Origin: a candidate division FCPU426 bacterium
Lineage (GTDB): Bacteria > Oederibacteriota > JAAXVQ01 > JAUVAV01
DNA: 64,000 nucleotides
Direction: 5' to 3'
Assembly (NCBI GenBank): GCA_040756875.1
Contig: JBFLYH010000003.1
Span: 32,001-96,000, forward strand
A program made the position numbers and the translations under genes. Below are positions 58,061 through 64,000 of this stretch, one piece after another. How positions within the stretch are numbered: position 1 is the stretch's first letter; each line of letters begins with the position of its first letter. The notes beneath the pieces are model-generated. The model had not been told where the DNA came from. It did no database searches and saw nothing but the letters and a program-made list of their open reading frames with translations.

Positions 58061-59242
58061 CTATCCTTTTCCGAGGGCCAGCGCAAGCTGCCTCAGCAAA
58101 TTATCGTTCTCCGGCGGACGGCCGATCGTGATCCGCAGGCACTGGGCCAGCGCCGGATCGCCGGCAAAGCCCCGCACCGCGATGTCCCGTTCGGCCAGCC
58201 GCGCCTTGATCCGCAGCGCGCGGGGCATTCTCACCAGCAGAAAATTGGCCTGGCTGGGGAAAACCTCCACGCCGCCAAGGCCGGCTAGGGCCCGGCTGAC
58301 GCGCTCCCGTTCCGAAACGATCAGGCGCGCCTGGCTTTGCCAGGCATCCGGGTGCTCCAGCGCGACCTCGGCCGCAGTTTGGGCGAAGGCGTCGAGGTTG
58401 AACGGCAGCCGCACGCGGTTGACCATTTCGACCAGCTCCGGCCGCGCGATCAGGTAGCCCACGCGCAGCCCGGCCAGGGACCAGGCTTTGGAAAAAGTCC
58501 CCAGTACAACCAGGTGCGGATGGGCTTTAAGCCGGGGCACCAGGCTGCCGGAATCGGAACCCGCGAACAGGCGGTAGGCTTCGTCCACCACCACCAGCCG
58601 GTCCGTGGCTTCCAGAATCCGTTCGATCTGCGCCAGGGGCGCGCTGCGCCCCGTGGGGTTGTTCGGCGTGGCCAGAAACAGCAGGCGGGCCCGGGGATGC
58701 CGCAAGGCTTCGAGCACGGCCGGCAGGTCGAGCGACCAATCCGGCCGCAGGGGCACTGCCGCGGCTTCGCCGCCCAGCGCGCGGCTGAGCGCCGCGTACA
58801 TGCTGAACGTGGGCGTGGGCACGACGGCCCGCGTGCCCGGGCCGCCGAAGCAGACCAGCAGGTCGCGGATCAGCTCATCCGAGCCGTTGCCCATGAGCAC
58901 CTGTTCCGGCGCGACCCCTTCCTGCGCGGCCAGGGCCTGCCGCAGAGTCCGGCATTCCGGATCAGGATAGCGGTTCCATTCCCGCTTGGAAAAACGCTCC
59001 GCCACTTCCCGCTTGAGCGCAACCGGAAAATCAAACGCGCTCTCGTTGGCGTCCAGGCGCACGGCCGGCCCGGCCGGTTCGGGCTGGTAGGCCGCGAGCC
59101 GGCTCACGTGCGGCCTCACCCAGGACGTCCAGGGGGAGGGGGGCGCCGTGCGGGTTTTCCGCGCCGAAGGCGCCCGGCGGGAGCGGGCCTTTTTTACCGG
59201 TTTGCGCCCGAGCGGAACCACGATCGCGGGCACTGGGTTCAC
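58061..59242 (-). CDS. hisC: Histidinol-phosphate aminotransferase
   Basis: LDANE, NRYPD, GNGSDE, PNNPTG, VDEAY, TFSKAWSLAGLRVGY. Confidence 0.94.
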   Translation of the reverse strand: MNPVPAIVVPLGRKPVKKARSRRAPSARKTRTAPPSPWTSWVRPHVSRLAAYQPEPAGPAVRLDANESAFDFPVALKREVAERFSKREWNRYPDPECRTLRQALAAQEGVAPEQVLMGNGSDELIRDLLVCFGGPGTRAVVPTPTFSMYAALSRALGGEAAAVPLRPDWSLDLPAVLEALRHPRARLLFLATPNNPTGRSAPLAQIERILEATDRLVVVDEAYRLFAGSDSGSLVPRLKAHPHLVVLGTFSKAWSLAGLRVGYLIARPELVEMVNRVRLPFNLDAFAQTAAEVALEHPDAWQSQARLIVSERERVSRALAGLGGVEVFPSQANFLLVRMPRALRIKARLAERDIAVRGFAGDPALAQCLRITIGRPPENDNLLRQLALALGKG

Positions 59243-60579
59243 GCTTTCCGGCCGCGCAGGCGCGCGATCATGGAGGCGGCGTGCGCACGCAAACCCTCGG
59301 CCTCGGCCAGGACCACGGCCGGCGGCCCTTCCCGTTTAACACCCTGGGAAGTAAACTCCACCACGCTGGTGTGGCGTTCAAAATCGCGCACGGACAGGGC
59401 CGACGACCACCGCGCCGTGCCGTTGGTCGGCAGCACGTGGTTCGACCCCGCGATGTAGTCACCCAAAGCCTGGGCGGTCATGGGGCCCAGGAACGCCGCG
59501 CCCACCCGGCGGATGCGCGCCAGCCACTGCCGCGGCTGCCGCGTCTGCAGGGAAAGGTGCTCGGGCGCGTATTCTTCGGCTAAGGCCGCGGCTTCGCGCA
59601 GGTCCCTGGTCTTGATCCCCGCGACCATCAGGCCGGCCGGATTGAGCCCGGGGAACGCGGCGGCGATGCACCGGATCTCCGTTGCCACGGCCGCGAGCAG
59701 CTGCCGCGAAGGCGTCAAGAGCAGCGCGACCGCGCCTGACCCGTGCTCAGCCTGGGCAAGCAGGTCCCAGGCCAGCTGGTCGGGCCGGGCCGAATCGTCG
59801 GCCAGAATCAGAATCTCGCTGGGACCGGCCAGGCTGTCGATGCCCACCTGCCCCACCACCTGGCGCTTGGCCTCGGTGCCGAACACGTTGGCTGGCCCCA
59901 CGATTTTGTCCACGGCCGGTACGGTTTCCGTGCCGTAGGCGAACGCAGCCACGGCCACCGCGCCGCCCAGGCGGTAGACCACGTCCACGCCGGCCAGATC
60001 AGCCGCATACAGCAAAGCCGGCAGCACGCGGCCGCCGCGGCCCGGCGGCGTGGCGAGAAGGACCTCCCGCACGCCGGCCACGCGGGCCGGCAGCGCGTTC
60101 ATCAGCACGGTGGACACCAAGGGCGCCATGCCGCCGGGTACGTAGACGCCCACGCGGTCCAGGGGCAGGCGGCGCTCGGAAACGCGCGCGCCCGGCCGCG
60201 CCACCCGGCCGGGCCGGGACTGCTGGCTGCGGTGAAAGGCGCGGATGTGGCCGGCAGCCGTGGCCAGGGCCTGCCGCAGGGCTCTGGGCACGAGCTTGGC
60301 TGCGGCCCGGCGTTCGGATTCGGAAACTTTCAGCGCCGCCCGGGCCGGCTGCCAGCCGTCGAGCAGGCGTTCATACTTCAGGACCGCGCGGTCGCCCTGG
60401 CTCCGGACCGCCGTGATAATCCCGGCCACGGCCTCGCGGGCCGACATCGGCCGCCCGAACGCGCGCAGCGTGCGTTCGTCGCGGCGCACAGCCAGCGGGT
60501 CCGCCAAAGCGGACTGCCGGAGCACAAGTTGCCGCCACTGTTTTTTGCCCGCGGGGGTCGCAAGGTCGATTCGGCGCAT
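59239..60579 (-). CDS. hisD: Histidinol dehydrogenase
   Basis: GVYVPGG, AGPSE, QAEH, APEHL, GDYIAGSNHVLPT; start 60579 or 60591. Confidence 0.95.
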   Translation of the reverse strand: MRRIDLATPAGKKQWRQLVLRQSALADPLAVRRDERTLRAFGRPMSAREAVAGIITAVRSQGDRAVLKYERLLDGWQPARAALKVSESERRAAAKLVPRALRQALATAAGHIRAFHRSQQSRPGRVARPGARVSERRLPLDRVGVYVPGGMAPLVSTVLMNALPARVAGVREVLLATPPGRGGRVLPALLYAADLAGVDVVYRLGGAVAVAAFAYGTETVPAVDKIVGPANVFGTEAKRQVVGQVGIDSLAGPSEILILADDSARPDQLAWDLLAQAEHGSGAVALLLTPSRQLLAAVATEIRCIAAAFPGLNPAGLMVAGIKTRDLREAAALAEEYAPEHLSLQTRQPRQWLARIRRVGAAFLGPMTAQALGDYIAGSNHVLPTNGTARWSSALSVRDFERHTSVVEFTSQGVKREGPPAVVLAEAEGLRAHAASMIARLRGRKA

Positions 60580-60615
60580 GTTCGGGGACACTCCGTGGAT
60601 AAGAAAGAAAGGAGT

Positions 60616-60644
60616 ACTATAGCATCCGTCACGCGGAGGGGCAA
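60616..60644 (-). promoter_or_regulatory. Candidate sigma70 promoter of the his-trp operon
   Basis: TTGCCC-N17-TATAGT with extended -10 TG. Confidence 0.5.
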
Positions 60645-60706
60645 GGTTTTTCCCGCCGGGAAAAAGACTGTTTTATCCGGGTTTTAAATGCAAACCGGCG
60701 GGCCTG

Positions 60707-61225
60707 CTAGCGGTGCGGCGCGGACTTTTTCCAGTCGGCTTCGAACTGCTCCAGCGCCTGCCGGACCATTGCCGGCTCCTGCAGGTCGAGCATGGCTTCG
60801 TGGTGCAGGGTCAGGCCCCAGTGCGTCCAATTGGCGCTGCCCAGGAGCAGCCGCTTTTGGTCCAGGACGCCCAGCTTCATGTGCATCAGCTGGTCCGGAT
60901 GCGTCAGGGGGTACCAGCGCACTTCCACGCCGGCCTTGGACAGTTGTTCCGCGCCGCGCCGGTTCTGTCGGCCACTCGGGCACAGGATGACCCGCACCTT
61001 GACCCCGCGCTGCGCGGCCTGCTGCAGGGTTTCGATTACTCCCCAGTCGGTCAGAAGATAGACTTCTACGGCGATGTCAGTACGGCTGTCCGCCACGGCG
61101 GTCATGACCAGATCGCGCAACCCCGGGTCGAACTGCAGCCTGGCCCCGCTGTCGGCGCTGGCCGCGGTGCACATGAGAACCGCCAGTGCAGCGGCCCAGC
61201 CCAGTCGGAGCGCGGCCCGTTTCAT
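60707..61225 (-). CDS. Secreted single-HKD phospholipase D/Nuc-like protein
   Basis: Signal peptide [32 protein letters not shown]...GSANW; ATG overlaps the murA stop. Confidence 0.85.
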   Translation of the reverse strand: MKRAALRLGWAAALAVLMCTAASADSGARLQFDPGLRDLVMTAVADSRTDIAVEVYLLTDWGVIETLQQAAQRGVKVRVILCPSGRQNRRGAEQLSKAGVEVRWYPLTHPDQLMHMKLGVLDQKRLLLGSANWTHWGLTLHHEAMLDLQEPAMVRQALEQFEADWKKSAPHR

Positions 61226-62484
61226 GCCTTGACGCGCTGTATGGAGGCGCCCAGGGCGGCGAGCTTGCGCTCTAAATGTTCGTACCCCCGGTCCAGATGA
61301 TAAATGCGCGACACCTGGGTCTCGCCCTCGGCTACCAGCGCGGCCAGGATCAAGGCCGCCGAGGCGCGGAGGTCCGAGGCCATCACCTGGGCGCCGGACA
61401 GCGGCCGGCCTCCCCGGATCAGGGCATTGCTGCCCTCGATCTGGATGTCCGCGCCCATGCGGTTCAGTTCCGCCACGTGCATGAAACGGTTCTCCCACAC
61501 GGTTTCCGTGACCACGGACCGGCCGGGAGCCAGGCACATCAGGGCCATCCACTGGGCCTGCAGGTCCGTGGGAAAGCCGGGATAAGGCAGGGTCACGACA
61601 TCCACGGGCCGCAGGGGGGCCTGGCGCGGCGCCAGCCGCAGGACAGTCTCCCCTTCGTGGCGCCATTCCACGCCCGCCTCCTGAAGCTTGCTCTCCAGCG
61701 CCGCCAGATGGCTCGCGGGATACCCTTCCAGCGTCACTTCCCCGCCGGTCATGGCGCCGGCCAGGGCGAGGGTGCCGGCTTCGATCCGGTCCGGGATCAC
61801 GGTCAGGGTCGCGGTCCCCAGTTGTGTTACGCCCTCCACCACGATCCGGCTGCTGCCCGCCCCCTGGATGCGCGCGCCCAGGGCGTTCAAACCATCGGCC
61901 AGATGCATGATTTCCGGCTCGCAGGCCGCGTGTTCCAGAACCGTCCGGCCCTTGGCCAGAACCGCGGCCAATAAGATCGTCACCGTGGCGCCCACGCTGG
62001 CCACATCCAGGTAAATCTCCCCGCCCTTCAGGCCTTGGGGCGCGGCCGCCCGGATGTAGCCGTGCTCCAGCTGCACGCGCGCGCCGAGCGCTTCCAGGCC
62101 CTTGAGGTGCTGGTCAATGGGGCGCAGCCCGATGGCGCACCCTCCGGGTTGGGCCACTTCCGCCTCGCCGAAGCGGCTCAAAAGCGGCGCCAGCACGTAG
62201 ATCGAAGCACGCATGGTGCTGACCAGCTCGTAGGGTGCCCGCCGGTTGGCCAGCTTGGCTGGATCCAGCACCAGGGCATGGTCTTCACGCCGGACGGAAA
62301 CGCCCATCAGCTCCAGCATTTGCGCCATGGTGCGGATGTCCTGCACATCCGGCACGTTCTGCAGGCGGCAAGCCCCTCCGGCGAGCATGCAGGCGGCCAT
62401 GAGCGGCAGGCAGGCGTTTTTAGATCCGCCCACCCGGACCGAACCGGCCAGAGGCCGCCCGCCTTGAATGATGATTTTGTCCAT
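61222..62484 (-). CDS. murA: UDP-N-acetylglucosamine 1-carboxyvinyltransferase
   Basis: [17 protein letters not shown] (catalytic Cys), [21 protein letters not shown]. Confidence 0.98.
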   Translation of the reverse strand: MDKIIIQGGRPLAGSVRVGGSKNACLPLMAACMLAGGACRLQNVPDVQDIRTMAQMLELMGVSVRREDHALVLDPAKLANRRAPYELVSTMRASIYVLAPLLSRFGEAEVAQPGGCAIGLRPIDQHLKGLEALGARVQLEHGYIRAAAPQGLKGGEIYLDVASVGATVTILLAAVLAKGRTVLEHAACEPEIMHLADGLNALGARIQGAGSSRIVVEGVTQLGTATLTVIPDRIEAGTLALAGAMTGGEVTLEGYPASHLAALESKLQEAGVEWRHEGETVLRLAPRQAPLRPVDVVTLPYPGFPTDLQAQWMALMCLAPGRSVVTETVWENRFMHVAELNRMGADIQIEGSNALIRGGRPLSGAQVMASDLRASAALILAALVAEGETQVSRIYHLDRGYEHLERKLAALGASIQRVKA

Positions 62485-62533
62485 ATGGATGTTCCTTTTT
62501 AAAAAGGATGCCCCCCGCCAATAACGCTGACGC

Positions 62534-62563
62534 AGTATAGCATTCCAGGCTAGGGGGATGCAA
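62534..62563 (-). promoter_or_regulatory. Candidate sigma70 promoter for murA
   Basis: TTGCAT-N18-TATACT with extended -10 TG. Confidence 0.5.
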
Positions 62564-62594
62564 GCAGAGGGCCGGCGGAAGTGCAGACAGGCCG

Positions 62595-62751
62595 TGGAGC
62601 CCCCCGGCGATCCCTGCAGGGACCGAAGGCCGGGGCACCACTAAAAAATCTTGCGTCTCCGGCCCATTCGGCAGGCGACATCCTGCAACGCCGCTGGGGC
62701 CTTCATCCCCAGGCGTGCCCGGGTCTTTCGGCGTTGCAGGGTTAAAAAAAA
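62595..62751. repeat. Dispersed structured element family B, copy 2
   Basis: Same conserved blocks and hairpins as 47589-47730. Confidence 0.8.
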
Positions 62752-62781
62752 CCCTGCCCGCGGAAATCTCCGCGGGCAGGG
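62744..62781 (-). terminator. Intrinsic terminator after the YD-repeat gene
   Basis: ccctgcccgcgg-agattt-ccgcgggcaggg followed by a U8 tract on the minus strand. Confidence 0.8.
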
Positions 62782-62814
62782 CGAACTGACCCAGCGCGAT
62801 GGTCCGGCGGCTGC

Positions 62815-64000
62815 CTAGGGCTTCAAGGGCGCGAACGCCGGCGACTGGTTCATCAAACGCATCCCCTCCAGGCGCTGTTCTTCGAACGGGTCCTTGCCCA
62901 GCAACTCGAACTTGAAGGCCGCCTCGGACAGCGTGCCTTCCTCGGCCATCTTGATCACGCGGGAAGCGTGCTTGCCCGTGGCCGTGATCAGACGGCCGTC
63001 CCCGTTGTACTTCATGTAGGTCTTGGCGCCGTCCGTGTCCGTGACTTCCTGGGTCACGGCCAGCACCTTGCCGTCGTCGTCTGACAGGTAGTTGTACTTC
63101 ACCACGCTGCCGGACGCGGTCTTCTTGCTGATCAGCTTCCCGTTCTGGTAGTTGCGCGATTCCAGGAACCCGCCGCTTGGCCCATACACCGTGGCCGTGT
63201 AGGCGTTCGCGGACTTGTCGCCGTACTGGTACACGGTCTTCTGGTTGGCCTGCGTAAACTGCAGCAACTGGCCGTCGGCGTCGTATTCCAGGGTGACGGT
63301 CCCGGCGGCCGTGCGTTCGGTCAGGGTCATCCGGCCGTCGGCCCCGTAATCGAACACCCGCGAGCGGCCGTCCACGTTCTCGGATTTCAGCTGTCCGCTG
63401 TTGTCGTAGAAACGGACGCACAGCGTGCGGTCGGCATACTTGATGGTCTGCGTGAACCCTTGCGCTTCGTAGGTGAAATCGTGGGTCAAGCCGCGGTCGT
63501 CCACGGCCTGCACCACGCGGCCCTGGTCGTCCCGCTTGATCTCCGCGGCCTGCTTCACGTTCTTGTCCACCATCAGGGCGATATCCGCCTGCGGAGAGAC
63601 CGCCGGCGCGCCCGCAAGCGTGGCGCGGGTTTCCTCGACCGCGGGCGCCCCTGTCACAGGGGCCAGCAGCCGTTTGAGCAGCGACGCGTCAAGCAAGCCG
63701 CCGAAAACCTTGTTATAGGCATCGGAGGCAGTCTGCGCCACGGTGCCGGGCACCGAACTGCCCAGCGCTTTGCCGATCGTGCCGGTGCCGATCACCTGGG
63801 TGGCGCCCGCGGCCTGGACGCCCTCCCGTGCTTTGCCGCTCCCGGCTTGCGTGCCGGCCGTCAGGCCGCCGGCCAAGCTCACGCCGCCGGCCTTGTTGCC
63901 CCAGGAGGTGTGGTACTTCCGCAGGTTGGTGGCCGCCGCCGTGGCCAGCCCCTCCTGCCCAAACGGCGAGGCATTGACCGTCACCACCGTGCTCTGCAGC
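62815..64000 (-). CDS. YD/RHS-repeat-containing protein (5' end probably beyond the window)
   Basis: YDNSGQL, YGADGR, YDADGQL, YNGDGRL repeats after an Ala/Gly-rich region; frame is open to the window edge. Confidence 0.65.
   Translation of the reverse strand, partial: LQSTVVTVNASPFGQEGLATAAATNLRKYHTSWGNKAGGVSLAGGLTAGTQAGSGKAREGVQAAGATQVIGTGTIGKALGSSVPGTVAQTASDAYNKVFGGLLDASLLKRLLAPVTGAPAVEETRATLAGAPAVSPQADIALMVDKNVKQAAEIKRDDQGRVVQAVDDRGLTHDFTYEAQGFTQTIKYADRTLCVRFYDNSGQLKSENVDGRSRVFDYGADGRMTLTERTAAGTVTLEYDADGQLLQFTQANQKTVYQYGDKSANAYTATVYGPSGGFLESRNYQNGKLISKKTASGSVVKYNYLSDDDGKVLAVTQEVTDTDGAKTYMKYNGDGRLITATGKHASRVIKMAEEGTLSEAAFKFELLGKDPFEEQRLEGMRLMNQSPAFAPLKP

Overview
High-GC genome segment from a Gram-negative (LPS-producing) bacterium, nearly all coded on the minus strand. 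In minus-strand transcription order it holds: a truncated YD/RHS-repeat gene; murA plus a single-HKD phospholipase D-like gene; hisDCBHAFI-trpEG (no hisG/hisE); FN3 surface proteins; a small AT-rich island (SDH-triad ClpP-fold protease plus an overlapping 58-aa ORF missing from the ORF track); suhB; hflX; a lipid A/LPS-core cluster (gnnA-like, lpxB, waaA, lpxK, five GT9 domains including an O-antigen-ligase/GT9 fusion, GT2s, a split GT4, an ArnT-like GT, a deacetylase and a Zn-phospholipase-C-like gene) interrupted by a + strand 2003-aa alpha-2-macroglobulin; ZTP-riboswitch-controlled pflB-pflA; rpoBC with its own promoter (no rplKAJL); and rpsL-rpsG-fusA-tuf-rpsJ-rplCDWB. The most notable non-catalogue signals are (i) a ~210-nt multi-stem leader upstream of rpsL with a terminator and a mutually exclusive antiterminator, (ii) the two-gene protease island, (iii) two families of dispersed structured 110-150-nt elements plus REP-type palindromes, and (iv) a palindromic element apparently inserted in frame inside the alpha-2-macroglobulin gene. 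All calls come from reading motifs and pairings by eye; no database searches or folding computations were run.
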